Below, in pieces: positions 9,422 through 18,378 of a DNA stretch of 64,000 bases (position 1 is the stretch's first letter; every line of letters starts with the position of its first letter). This DNA comes from Candidatus Harrisonbacteria bacterium. GTDB lineage: Bacteria > Patescibacteriota > Minisyncoccia > UBA6257 > UBA11618. Where the stretch lies: contig VGJO01000001.1 of NCBI GenBank assembly GCA_016867415.1, positions 148,312-212,311 of the forward strand, written 5' to 3'. Below the pieces are notes generated by a model. It did not search any database and was not told where the DNA came from. It saw only the letters and a program-made list of their open reading frames with translations. A program made the translations under genes and the position numbers.

Positions 9422-9946
9422 ATGCTTGCTTTTTATTTTTATTTTGTATATAAAGCTTTCAATTCCAATTTCCTTAAAATGAATCGCCTTCTTAAGCTGA
9501 CACTAGCGGTTATTATATTTTTTCTTTTTGCCAGCTTCTCTTTTGTTCTGCATGCCTTCTATATTTCTCCCTCCCACACCTTCGCTCTTAGTGAAAAAAA
9601 ATTTGCCAAAGACTCTGGTGGCAATCCTGATGCCGCTCTTCTTCTAAAAAACTTTTCTGATCTTCTCGAGGAGGGAAATATTGAAAAAGCTCTTCCGCTT
9701 CTTGCTAGTGCCGATAATGAAAAGAATTTCTTATTAATGAAAAAAGCTCTCGAGACAGAAAAGTCTCAAGGCTCCCTCCCACATCTCATCTCTCTTATTC
9801 GCCTTGCCACACTCGATGCTTCTCAATCCCCATCTTCCGCCGATCTTATTTTTTCTGTTTTTGACCCGGCTGCCGGTAATCTCCTAGGCGAAGTAATCAT
9901 CAGGAAAAACCAAATAGTGGGTAACTATCAGATTCACAGTTTCTAA
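9422..9946 (+). CDS. hypothetical membrane-anchored protein (likely true start at MNRLLKL, 9479)
   Basis: 174 aa ORF, N-terminal hydrophobic helix, no known motif. Confidence 0.4.
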   Translation: MLAFYFYFVYKAFNSNFLKMNRLLKLTLAVIIFFLFASFSFVLHAFYISPSHTFALSEKKFAKDSGGNPDAALLLKNFSDLLEEGNIEKALPLLASADNEKNFLLMKKALETEKSQGSLPHLISLIRLATLDASQSPSSADLIFSVFDPAAGNLLGEVIIRKNQIVGNYQIHSF

Positions 9947-9949
9947 TCC

Positions 9950-12900
9950 ATGATTTTTTCCCGCCTCCTCTTTCTTATTGTCTTCATCCCTTTTTTCTCT
10001 CCTGCGTTTGTCTTTGCCTATGAACTCTCCGCCCACGAGCGCCTCACTCGAGCTATCATCGATTCTATCAATAATTCCAGCTCTTTTTCCCTTTCAGAAA
10101 GTGAGGCCGAGGCCTTGGTGAAAGGTGTTCTTGCCGAAGATAATCTTCCTCGGCCTCTTAATCATTTTTATGATCCCGTTCATAAAAAAGGTCTTTCTCT
10201 CGGTACTCATATTTTTGAATCCGCAAAAAGATGGGCCAATGACCCCTTCTCTCAAAGAACCTTCACGAAATCAAATTTTCTTACTCGCCGCCTTTTTAAT
10301 GCCGAGGATAATATCTTCACTTACAATCGTGCCTTAGAGCTCTACAAGCAAGGCAAGAAAATTGAGGCTTACGAACATTTAGGTCACGTCCTCCATCTTG
10401 TCGAAGACATGGGCGTGCCCGATCACACTCGCAATGACGCACACCCCGCCGAGACCAGTCCTTATGAAAATTTTACTAAAGATGCTCCTCTTCCATATTC
10501 AAAAAAGTATTTGAATACCATTGCTCCTCGCCGCTTCTCTTCCCTTGACGCTGTTTTTGTTCACCTCGCCCGCTATTCGAATTCCAGTTTCTTTTCTGAA
10601 GACACCATCCTTTCCGAAGACTATCCCGCTCCTATCCCCAAAGGAATAAAAAAAGTAGCCGACGGCTATGAGTACGCCTACCGCACTGATGAGAACGGTG
10701 TTGATTATCTTCTCTATCGCCGCCGTCTTCCCTCTCTTTCCAGTTTTATTGGCAATGACGCTTATACCGAATTTAATACTCTGAAAAGTCTCCCGGTATT
10801 GGAGGATTACTATGCTCACCTAAGTCGCGAGGTGATCGCCTCCGGTCTCGGTCTTTTCTCTTTATTTTTGAAAGATGTTGGTGAGCCCGATCTTTCTTTT
10901 ATTCCAAAAGTTTCTCTTTCTGACCCTGCCTTGTCTCTTATTGATTCCGCTTCATCCTCACCCGCAATCAGTCTCACGGTAGAAAGAGAAAAAGAATATA
11001 TTCCGGTTTTTGCTCGTGCTCCAGAAGATAATATCGCCGAATTTTCCGCTCTTCTTGCCTCCACTCCTAAAGTGCTAGAAGTCTTCTACAATGCCCCACC
11101 CGTCATTCCTCTTATTCTTGCTCCCTCCACCTCTTCCTCTCTTGCTTCTTCCTCGACTACCTCTCTCACATCTACTTCGACAGCCTCTTCTTTTTCTTCC
11201 CTCACTATTGCTGATTCAGAAAATTCCTCTTCCCCCGCTTCTTCTACGCTTGCCTCTACAACCCCACTTATTTCCGGATCCGCCCTTATCTCCGAAGTTT
11301 TCTTCGATGCCGAAGGTTCTGATACTGGCAAAGAATTTATTGAATTATTTAATCCCGGCGAAACTGCCTTTGATCTTTCTCTTGCCTCTCTGCAGTTTGG
11401 CGAGCTTGGAGGCACTATCAAGAAAAAGAATTTTGAATTGGGCAATAGCATTCCGCCTCACGGATTCTTTCTGATTACGATTGGAGAAGGGGATGCTCGC
11501 GATGGTAAGAAAGGGGACATGCTCTACAAAAGTGGTTCTTTGAAAAATGCCTCCGATACCATCCGCCTCGTAGCCGACCAAATCTCTCTCTCCGCTTCCT
11601 CTACTATCCTTGATAGCTTCCATTATGACATAAGAAATTTCCCGAACTTTACTCCTGGCGCTTCTCTTGAGCGGGCCACTCTTCTTGGCCCTTCCTCTTC
11701 TGACTGCGTAAGAAGCCAGGGTGATGCCGAATACTCCGGTCATTTCTGTCCTGCTCCTACTTTTTACCTTCGCTCTCTTCCTCACTCGCAAAACTTCGCT
11801 TCTTTCAAAGAGCCTCGAGCCTATCCTGAAGAGCCTATTAGCTACGCCTTCACTTTTGATTCCGCTACCCGTTCTCTTAATCTCTCCCTTTCCTCTATTA
11901 ACCCTTTTTCTTATAAGATAAATCTCATTCCCTCCACTGATTTCTTTTATCCCTCATCTGCTTCTCAAAGTTTCTCCACTACGACTAGCGTCTCTGCCAT
12001 TTTTCCTCTCTCTACCCTGGGCCATTCCCTCACCTTTGAGATCAATCTCACCGATGAAGAAGGATTCTCTCTCCCTCCAATATTGCTTCTCTATAATTCT
12101 CCCTCTCTTCTTTCTCATCCTTCATACATAGTCCGTGATGATCTGGGTGATGTCGCCGATCTTAACTTCTCCCTCTCTGATTTTACGAAAGAAATTATCA
12201 GGACTAATACCTCTCATTCCGCTGATACCTATCTTGGTTTTATGAAGCCCGGTTATCAAGACTTTATATTCTCCTCCTCTTCTCCTTCATTCGATCTCTA
12301 CCTGCCTTTCTTTGAGTCACTTTCACCCAGTGCCCCCGCCTCATATTTCCTAAAAATATCCCCCTATGGGAATATCCCCGCGAGTGACACGCTCTCCCTC
12401 GCTATCCAAAAATCCGAATCCGCAATTCCTGTACTTTTCTCCCGCCTTTACGCCTCTTCGACCACCGAGGTTGTCCCTCTCTATACCAATCCATCTCTTC
12501 TTCTCTCCGACCCGCTCTGCGACGGGAGCTTAGACTCTGATCCTTTCCGTGTTTCCTATAATTCCTTCTTCCACCGAGTCACCCTCCGCTCTTGCCGGAG
12601 CGAGAACGATCGCTTTCTCTTTAGTTTCCGTCCAGTAAATTCCGACATCTCTCCTCTAGAAATAAAAAACTCTTCTGATCCCTTTGCTGTCTTTTCTCCG
12701 CTTGCGACCAACGAAAAGTATGAATTCTTAGTCGACCTCCTCGGTGTCGACGGCTCCATTATGAATCATTTCTCTACCACCCTTTTTATCCCCGGCCTCT
12801 TCTCTCGCTTCTCCTTCCCCTCCGAGCTTACGCCCGAAATTGATTCTGCTCTCTCTGAAGAGTTTGAAGAAATCCCTCCCTATATTAGTCTCGAATATTC

Positions 12901-13426
12901 CCGCACTCACCTCTCAGGTTTTCTTACTGAAAAATTATTCAATCGCTCTCTTGGTCTTATTCCGCCCATCACCTCCTCTGGCCAGAGCTTTATTTATCCC
13001 TACGCCAATCATCGTCTTATCCTCTTCACCGACACCGATCCCTCTACCCTTACCCCACCTGATAGCCTCACTCTCTCCAAAGACACCGACTTCACCCTCG
13101 ATTCTGGCACCCTCGGCTTTTCTCCGATCGAAGTCGCCTACACTAATGAAGACATGAGCCTCGAGTATAAGAATCGTTTCCCATATCTTCTCCTCTGCGA
13201 ATCTCGCTTCTATATCCTCGGCCTCGATAATAATTGTTTCAAGACCGACCTTTTACGCTCCTACAGTCTCCGCCTCCCGCTTCTTGTAAAAGACGAAGTT
13301 ACCGAATTTTCTCTCTTGATCTATCGTTTGCAACAGCTCCTCCCGGCCGCCGAAGGTGTCGAAGAATCCGCCCGTTTTGTCCTCGAAAGCATCGACAAAA
13401 ACCGCTATAAAAAATCCGCCGAATAA
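9950..13426 (+). CDS. giant secreted/surface protein: N-terminal zinc-dependent phospholipase C / P1-nuclease-like domain + lamin-tail domain (LTD) + long S/T/P-rich low-complexity region
   Basis: signal/anchor 'LLFLIVFIPFFSPAFVFA'; 'GHVLHLVEDMGVPDHTRNDAHP' His/Asp zinc-ligand pattern; 'ISEVFFDAEGSDTGKEFIELFNPGETAFDLSLASLQF' LTD signature. Confidence 0.65.
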   Translation: MIFSRLLFLIVFIPFFSPAFVFAYELSAHERLTRAIIDSINNSSSFSLSESEAEALVKGVLAEDNLPRPLNHFYDPVHKKGLSLGTHIFESAKRWANDPFSQRTFTKSNFLTRRLFNAEDNIFTYNRALELYKQGKKIEAYEHLGHVLHLVEDMGVPDHTRNDAHPAETSPYENFTKDAPLPYSKKYLNTIAPRRFSSLDAVFVHLARYSNSSFFSEDTILSEDYPAPIPKGIKKVADGYEYAYRTDENGVDYLLYRRRLPSLSSFIGNDAYTEFNTLKSLPVLEDYYAHLSREVIASGLGLFSLFLKDVGEPDLSFIPKVSLSDPALSLIDSASSSPAISLTVEREKEYIPVFARAPEDNIAEFSALLASTPKVLEVFYNAPPVIPLILAPSTSSSLASSSTTSLTSTSTASSFSSLTIADSENSSSPASSTLASTTPLISGSALISEVFFDAEGSDTGKEFIELFNPGETAFDLSLASLQFGELGGTIKKKNFELGNSIPPHGFFLITIGEGDARDGKKGDMLYKSGSLKNASDTIRLVADQISLSASSTILDSFHYDIRNFPNFTPGASLERATLLGPSSSDCVRSQGDAEYSGHFCPAPTFYLRSLPHSQNFASFKEPRAYPEEPISYAFTFDSATRSLNLSLSSINPFSYKINLIPSTDFFYPSSASQSFSTTTSVSAIFPLSTLGHSLTFEINLTDEEGFSLPPILLLYNSPSLLSHPSYIVRDDLGDVADLNFSLSDFTKEIIRTNTSHSADTYLGFMKPGYQDFIFSSSSPSFDLYLPFFESLSPSAPASYFLKISPYGNIPASDTLSLAIQKSESAIPVLFSRLYASSTTEVVPLYTNPSLLLSDPLCDGSLDSDPFRVSYNSFFHRVTLRSCRSENDRFLFSFRPVNSDISPLEIKNSSDPFAVFSPLATNEKYEFLVDLLGVDGSIMNHFSTTLFIPGLFSRFSFPSELTPEIDSALSEEFEEIPPYISLEYSRTHLSGFLTEKLFNRSLGLIPPITSSGQSFIYPYANHRLILFTDTDPSTLTPPDSLTLSKDTDFTLDSGTLGFSPIEVAYTNEDMSLEYKNRFPYLLLCESRFYILGLDNNCFKTDLLRSYSLRLPLLVKDEVTEFSLLIYRLQQLLPAAEGVEESARFVLESIDKNRYKKSAE

Positions 13427-13437
13427 TTTTTTTGTAT

Positions 13438-13473
13438 TGTCATTCCGGCCACCGAGCCAGAATCCAGTACCTC
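13438..13473 (+). repeat. family-2 hairpin repeat (tgtcattccggcc-accgag-ccagaatccagtacctc)
   Basis: 12 nt after stop of 9950..13426; imperfect palindrome attccgg/ccagaat. Confidence 0.6.
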
Positions 13474-13608
13474 AAAAAAATAAAAGTTCGCAGAAGCTTT
13501 CATGTTTCCAAAAAAGGATAAAGACTTCTTTCAAGCAGTAATGATTTTTATATATAAAACCAAATTGTATTTGATTGAACTCTCAACTCAAGTTACTGTA
13601 AAGAAAAT

Positions 13609-14082
13609 ATGCTCGTCGCTATTCTCCATAATATCCGTTCTCTTCATAATGTCGGCTCTATTTTCCGTACGGCCGACGGCGCCGGGGTAGATAAGCTTTA
13701 CCTCGGTGGTATTACCCCGAGCCCCCTCGATCGGCTCGGCCGCCTCAAGCCTCAGTTTGATAAAGTCGCGCTTGGTAGTCATATAAGCGTCCCATTCGAA
13801 TCTGTCCGCTCCACCCGTACTCTTATCAAGAAGCTCAAAGACCAAGGCTACTCCATCCTCGGCCTCGAGCTCGCTTCAAAAGCTATTCTTTACAGTGACT
13901 TTCACCCAAAAAACCGTAAACTTGCTCTCATTGTCGGTAATGAAGTCCAGGGTTTACGCAAAGACATTCTTGATCTCTGCGATCATATGCTCATGATTCC
14001 TATGCGTGGTGCGAAAGAATCTTTAAACGTCAGTATTGCTTTTGGGATAGTAGCCTACGAATTAATGCGTCATAATCAATAA
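13609..14082 (+). CDS. SpoU/TrmH-family RNA 2'-O-methyltransferase
   Basis: 'LHNVGSIFRTADGAGVDKLYL', 'IVGNEVQGL', 'LMIPMRGAKESLNVSIAFGI' SPOUT motifs. Confidence 0.85.
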   Translation: MLVAILHNIRSLHNVGSIFRTADGAGVDKLYLGGITPSPLDRLGRLKPQFDKVALGSHISVPFESVRSTRTLIKKLKDQGYSILGLELASKAILYSDFHPKNRKLALIVGNEVQGLRKDILDLCDHMLMIPMRGAKESLNVSIAFGIVAYELMRHNQ

Positions 14083-14090
14083 ATAAAAAA

Positions 14091-14645
14091 ATGGAAGCAT
14101 TAGACAAAATAATCGGCCCTCTTGTCATCGGTATTATTATTCTTTTCATAATTATATATTCAAGCGGAGCTTTGAATAATCTTGTCATCTTCCTTCTTCG
14201 CCCGCACTATCTCCGAAGGGAAGTCGCTCCCGACGGCGCCGTCTCCTACACCTACGACAAAGCCGCCTCTTCAAGCGTCGCGATCAATAATCACCTGATC
14301 CGAGTCACTCTCGCTGAGACCTCCTTCTCTCGTTCCAAAGGTCTCTCTGGTCACGCCCCCCTCGCCTCTGATGAAGGTATGCTCTTTCTCTTCCCTCGCG
14401 CGACTATTCAATCCTTCTGGATGAAGGACATGCTTTTTCCTCTCGACATCATCTGGCTCCAAAGCGTGAGCGCTAAGGAAGCCAAAATCATCGGTGTCGC
14501 CAAAAACGCCCAACCCTTAAAAAGTCTCCTCAATCTCGAATATTTCACCTCACCCGCGCCTGTCGACTGGGTTCTCGAAGTTTCCGCCGGCACCTTTGAC
14601 TCCTTAAAAATGAAAGTAGGAGACTCCGCCACCTTCTCCCGCTAG
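14091..14645 (+). CDS. DUF192 (COG1430) family protein with N-terminal TM helix
   Basis: 'RSKGLSGHAPLASDEGMLFLFPRATIQSFWMKDMLFPLDIIWL...VLEVSAG' matches DUF192 pattern. Confidence 0.7.
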   Translation: MEALDKIIGPLVIGIIILFIIIYSSGALNNLVIFLLRPHYLRREVAPDGAVSYTYDKAASSSVAINNHLIRVTLAETSFSRSKGLSGHAPLASDEGMLFLFPRATIQSFWMKDMLFPLDIIWLQSVSAKEAKIIGVAKNAQPLKSLLNLEYFTSPAPVDWVLEVSAGTFDSLKMKVGDSATFSR

Positions 14646-14675
14646 ACTATCTTATCTTGGATCCCTAGTTGGAAT

Positions 14676-15131
14676 CTAGATTTGCTTTATTTTCTCAATT
14701 CGTCTCGCGTGCCGCTCCTCTCCGGAAAAAGCTGTCGTAAGAAAAAGCTTCACTGCCGCGAGTGCCTCCTCCTGAGTCATAAATCGCGCCGCGAGTGACA
14801 AGACGTTTGCATCATTGTGTTCCCGAGCGAGTCGCACTATCCCTCTTCCTCGCTCATCCCATGGCCCATAAAAAGTCACTGCCCGCACTCCCGCGACTCT
14901 GTTTGCCACTATGGCCTCGCCCGCTCCCGATCCGCCCAGAATAACCCCAAAAGATCCCGCTTCCTTCGCTACCGCCTCCGCACACGGCCGAATATAGTCC
15001 GGATAATCATCCGCCGGATCAAAAGCCTCCGTTCCATGATCGATTACCATCATCCCCTCCGCTGCAAGCGCCCCTTTCAAAAATTCCTTAAGCTCAAAAC
15101 CTGCATGATCCGTAGCAATATGAATTGTCAT
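14676..15131 (-). CDS. rpiB: ribose-5-phosphate isomerase B
   Basis: 'IHIATDHAGFELKE', 'GVILGGSGAGEAIVANRVAGVRA' RpiB/LacAB signatures. Confidence 0.85.
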   Translation of the reverse strand: MTIHIATDHAGFELKEFLKGALAAEGMMVIDHGTEAFDPADDYPDYIRPCAEAVAKEAGSFGVILGGSGAGEAIVANRVAGVRAVTFYGPWDERGRGIVRLAREHNDANVLSLAARFMTQEEALAAVKLFLTTAFSGEERHARRIEKIKQI

Positions 15132-15148
15132 AAATTATTAAATCCACT

Positions 15149-16183
15149 TTATAGAAGTGCTGCCACTTTTTCCAGATGATGCACGAGTGTAGTCACATAC
15201 CCCCACTCATTGTCATACCATGCCATCACTTTTACAAGATCTCCTCCTACCACTTTAGTATATGAAAGATCCACCACGCAGCCATACGGCGTCCCAATTA
15301 TGTCCGAGGAGACTACTGGGTCCGAGATAGTGGCGAGCGCTCGATGCCATCGAGGTGTCTTTGCCTCTTCAATAAAGATGTGATTAATCTCGGCAACCTC
15401 TGTCTTTCTCTTTGATACAAAGGTAAAATCCGCGAGAGATACTGTTGGCGTTGGCACCCGCACTGCTACCGCGTCAAATTTCCCCATAAGAGAGGGGAGT
15501 GCTCGAGTGACCGCGATTGCCGCTCCCGAGTCTGATGGCACCATATTCACCCCCGCCGCTCGTCCCCGTCGAAAATCATTCTTCCCCCCCGTCCCATCCA
15601 CGAGGCCCTGCGTCGCCGTGTAGCTATGTGTCGTATTCAAAAATCCTTTCACTACTCCTACCGACTCTTCCATAATAGTCGCCAAAGGATGTGTGGCATT
15701 CGTCGTGCAGGAGCCATTCGAAGTGATAGCGCAAGCGCCGAGCGCTTCTTCATTCAGCCCCATGAGCACCGTCTGTCCGAGCTCCGAATCTAGATCCTTT
15801 GATGGCGCGGATAGGATCACCCGCTTCGCCCCTGCTTCAAGATGAGCCTTCGCCTTCTCATATGAATCAAATACCCCTGTGCACTCGATCACCGCATCTA
15901 CTGCAAGCTCCCTCCACGGCAGTGCCTGCGGCTCCCGATCATGTAGGATCGTGATCTGGGTGTCCCGTACCGTAAGATACTCCGCCGTCCCGCGCCGTGT
16001 GACAGAGACCGGATGCGCATACGAGTGATAGACCGAATCATATTTCAATAAGTATGCAAGATTATCCGCGGGCGTGAGATCATTGATCGCCACTATTTCA
16101 AACTCCGGCTTGCCAAAAATCTGCCGGAAAAAAATCCTCCCAATCCGTCCAAACCCATTGATCGCCACCCGCGTCTTCTTCAT
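15149..16183 (-). CDS. gap: glyceraldehyde-3-phosphate dehydrogenase
   Basis: 'VAINGFGRIGR' NAD motif, 'SNGSCTTN' catalytic Cys region (ASCTTN-like). Confidence 0.9.
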   Translation of the reverse strand: MKKTRVAINGFGRIGRIFFRQIFGKPEFEIVAINDLTPADNLAYLLKYDSVYHSYAHPVSVTRRGTAEYLTVRDTQITILHDREPQALPWRELAVDAVIECTGVFDSYEKAKAHLEAGAKRVILSAPSKDLDSELGQTVLMGLNEEALGACAITSNGSCTTNATHPLATIMEESVGVVKGFLNTTHSYTATQGLVDGTGGKNDFRRGRAAGVNMVPSDSGAAIAVTRALPSLMGKFDAVAVRVPTPTVSLADFTFVSKRKTEVAEINHIFIEEAKTPRWHRALATISDPVVSSDIIGTPYGCVVDLSYTKVVGGDLVKVMAWYDNEWGYVTTLVHHLEKVAALL

Positions 16184-16222
16184 TCCTCTATTTTACCAAA
16201 AAATCGATTGGGGATAGACGGT

Positions 16223-16260
16223 TGTGTCATTCCGGGCCAAGATCCGGAATCCAGTACCTT
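16223..16260 (+). repeat. family-2 hairpin repeat (tgtgtcattccggg-ccaagat-ccggaatccagtacctt)
   Basis: perfect 7-bp palindrome attccgg/ccggaat; located 40 nt upstream of gap start on opposite strand. Confidence 0.6.
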
Positions 16261-16858
16261 TAAAGTAGTAATATAAAATCCCTTGCCTTTTATAGATAAA
16301 GTAAGCAAATAAAAAAAGCCTACCCGCCCCTCGCGCCAAACAAGCTTTTCTTTCGTTTCCTCGATCATCCGCTGGAGTAATTTTGACCCCTAGTAGAAAG
16401 TAATCCAAAGCCGCATAGATTCTATTCAGTATCGCCTTTGGACATTCCAGTCAGAAGCAGTTATCAAAGTTGGGACTTTCCTCGGTCAAGTATTCGACCT
16501 CAGAAATTTTGACCTTCTTGATGATCTCAATCACTACCCTATAGCATTTCTTCTGCTGGTCTCGCTGGCTTTTTGTGATCTTTGTAAAAGGAAGACAGAC
16601 ATCTCCTTCTCTGCCCCGCCATTTTTCATTTTCTTCCTAGGAAAATCCAATGAGGTAGCACTCCTCAATATTCTTGCAGAGTACCACGTCGATCTTGAAG
16701 AATTTGTTAAGTTTACCCACCGCCTGATGACTCGATCCATAAAAAACCAGTGCGCTCTTAATCATCTTCCCCTCGTCCTAAAAAAAATAAAAAATGTGAG
16801 TGTTCCGTAACCGAAGTATTAAAAAATAATAAATAAAAAAGTAAAATAAAGCTCTCCT

Positions 16859-16886
16859 TTGACATATAAAATATTAGCTCTATACT
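16859..16886 (+). promoter_or_regulatory. near-consensus sigma70-type promoter TTGACA-N16-TATACT driving the tRNA-like/ncRNA locus
   Basis: ttgacatataaaatattagctctatact read directly; rare consensus match in this window. Confidence 0.5.
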
Positions 16887-17015
16887 AATTAAGCTCTTTA
16901 AATTGAGAGACATTACGCGTTTATACATTTCTAATAAATTTGTGGATGTGGTCGATTGGAGAGGCAGCGGCTCCGTAAGCCGTGCATCGAAGTTTGATTC
17001 TTTGTATCTACTTTT

Positions 17016-17087
17016 GTCGGGATAGATCAGTGGTAGGGCATAGGATTAAAAATCCAAATGTCGGAGGTTCAATTCCTTCACCCGGCT
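17016..17087 (+). ncRNA. tRNA-like gene with 7-nt anticodon loop UUAAAAA (anticodon AAA); possible pseudo-tRNA or tRNA-like module of a longer ncRNA
   Basis: cloverleaf: acceptor GTCGGGA/ACCCGGC (one A.A mismatch), D-arm GATC-AGTGGTA-GGGC, T-arm GGAGG-TTCAATT-CCTTC; unusual A34 anticodon; lies 125 nt downstream of promoter and 195 nt upstream of a strong terminator. Confidence 0.35.
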
Positions 17088-17280
17088 CTCGGTCTGAAGT
17101 CGCAAGTTACTTTGCCATTTAGATCGAAATCTCTCTTTGTCTATCGTCTTGATTTCCTTATTAGTCTTATACAAGCCCTGCGCTTGAGACTTTCCGAAAG
17201 GATTCCTAAAGGAAATGATTGACAAACTCCAGTCAACATCGAGTTCATTCCCTCGTTACTGGATGAGAGATGTTTCCTCT

Positions 17281-17316
17281 GCCGCTCGGACGAAAGTCCG
17301 AGCGGTTTTTCTTTTT
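17281..17316 (+). terminator. intrinsic terminator: gccgctcggac-GAAA-gtccgagcgg + TTTTTCTTTTT
   Basis: 10-bp GC-rich stem with GNRA loop followed by T-tract. Confidence 0.75.
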
Positions 17317-17337
17317 AATTCACTAGTTTTTCAAGAA

Positions 17338-17462
17338 GAAATTGTAGGATTTTTTGGATGAAGTTTTGTAGTTCTTTTCGAGTATGTACCGGAGCATTCA
17401 AGAATTTGAGTGTGTGAAGATTAAGCTCAGAAAAAACTACAAAAATTCGACAAAAAGATCAG
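17338..17462 (+). repeat. family-1 structured element copy (arms attttttggatgaagttttgtagttctttt / aaaaaactacaaaaattcgacaaaaagat, core ...cggagcattc...gtgtgtgaag...)
   Basis: arms ~26/30 complementary; ends 24 nt before rpe ATG. Confidence 0.6.
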
Positions 17463-17485
17463 ACTTAATTTGTTATAATTAATTA

Positions 17486-18133
17486 ATGAGAATAATCCCC
17501 GCCACCAACGCCGACACCATCGAAAAATTCCGCACCCAACTCCACCGCTTCTCCTCATTTCTCCCTCATGACGCTACTATCCACATTGATCTCTGCGATG
17601 GTAAGTTCACCTCTCACAAGACTCTCCTTGATCTCTCCCTCATCGCCCCGGAAATAAAAAAGACCCCCTTCCGCTTTGAGGGTCATTTTATGGTAAATAA
17701 TCCTGAGCTTCTCATCCCCAATTTTTTAAGCCAAGCCATTTCCCGCGCTTTAATCCCTGTCGAAGTTTTTCACCACTATGAAAAGATCTTTGAGTGGGAA
17801 GAAAAGTACGCCGCCTCCCTCGCTTTCTCCGCCCGCGCTCTCAAGTCCGATGAGCTTCTCCTCTATGCGTTAAAAAAATCTCACCTCCGCGACTGCCTCA
17901 TCCTCGCCGTCCCTCCCGGCCCCGCTGGCCAAACCTTTGATCCTCACGCTCTCCAATCTGTCACAAAGATCAAAAATCATTTCCCCGACTGTCGCATCAC
18001 GGTCGACGGGGGTGTCACCCCCATTCTAATTCCGCTCTTGAAAGATCTCGGCGTCGACGCTGTCGTCCTCCATTCCACCTTCATCACCTCCGGCGACCCA
18101 TCCGCCCTCTTCTTCAATCTTTCTAATATATAA
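17486..18133 (+). CDS. rpe: ribulose-phosphate 3-epimerase-like protein (divergent)
   Basis: 'IHIDLCDGKF', 'GHFMV', 'LAVPPGPAGQTFDP', 'ITVDGGV' align to RPE metal/catalytic positions. Confidence 0.65.
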   Translation: MRIIPATNADTIEKFRTQLHRFSSFLPHDATIHIDLCDGKFTSHKTLLDLSLIAPEIKKTPFRFEGHFMVNNPELLIPNFLSQAISRALIPVEVFHHYEKIFEWEEKYAASLAFSARALKSDELLLYALKKSHLRDCLILAVPPGPAGQTFDPHALQSVTKIKNHFPDCRITVDGGVTPILIPLLKDLGVDAVVLHSTFITSGDPSALFFNLSNI

Positions 18134-18238
18134 GCTTACAGGCCGCATGGATATAATCGCCTTTACGGGCCGCAGGTGACGTGAGAATTATGTGCTCATA
18201 ATTTTCAGTTAATCCTTTCCAAGGACATAATAAAAATT

Positions 18239-18282
18239 CGCAGGAATTTTTTATGTGTTATGGCAGGGTAAAGAAGGGGTTC
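18239..18282 (+). repeat. hybrid element: family-1 5' flank (cgcaggaatttttt) fused to motif-A 28-mer (tgtgttatggcagggtaaagaaggggttc)
   Basis: direct reading; ~95 nt upstream of transketolase N ATG. Confidence 0.5.
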
Positions 18283-18378
18283 TTAAAGTTAACTTGCTCT
18301 ACAAGCTCTCCCTCCTCTTTTCCTAAATACTATCCACTATCTACTAATTAGTAATCTAATTATTTATAATCAAATTGT

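Noticed and set aside
11086-11791. Pro/Leu-rich and Glu/Arg-rich ORFs (11091..11474 +, 11086..11451 -, 11345..11791 -) inside the giant secreted protein gene
   Set aside because: These are out-of-frame translations of the Ser/Thr-rich low-complexity coding region of 9950..13426.
16893-17316. tmRNA, RNase P RNA or SRP RNA interpretation of the tRNA-like locus
   Set aside because: The tRNA-like module has full D and anticodon arms and sits mid-transcript. No complementary 5' GGGG acceptor piece or tag reading frame was found downstream. The GAAAGTCCGAGC resemblance to the RNase P P4 motif is just the terminator hairpin. No conserved SRP domain IV motif.
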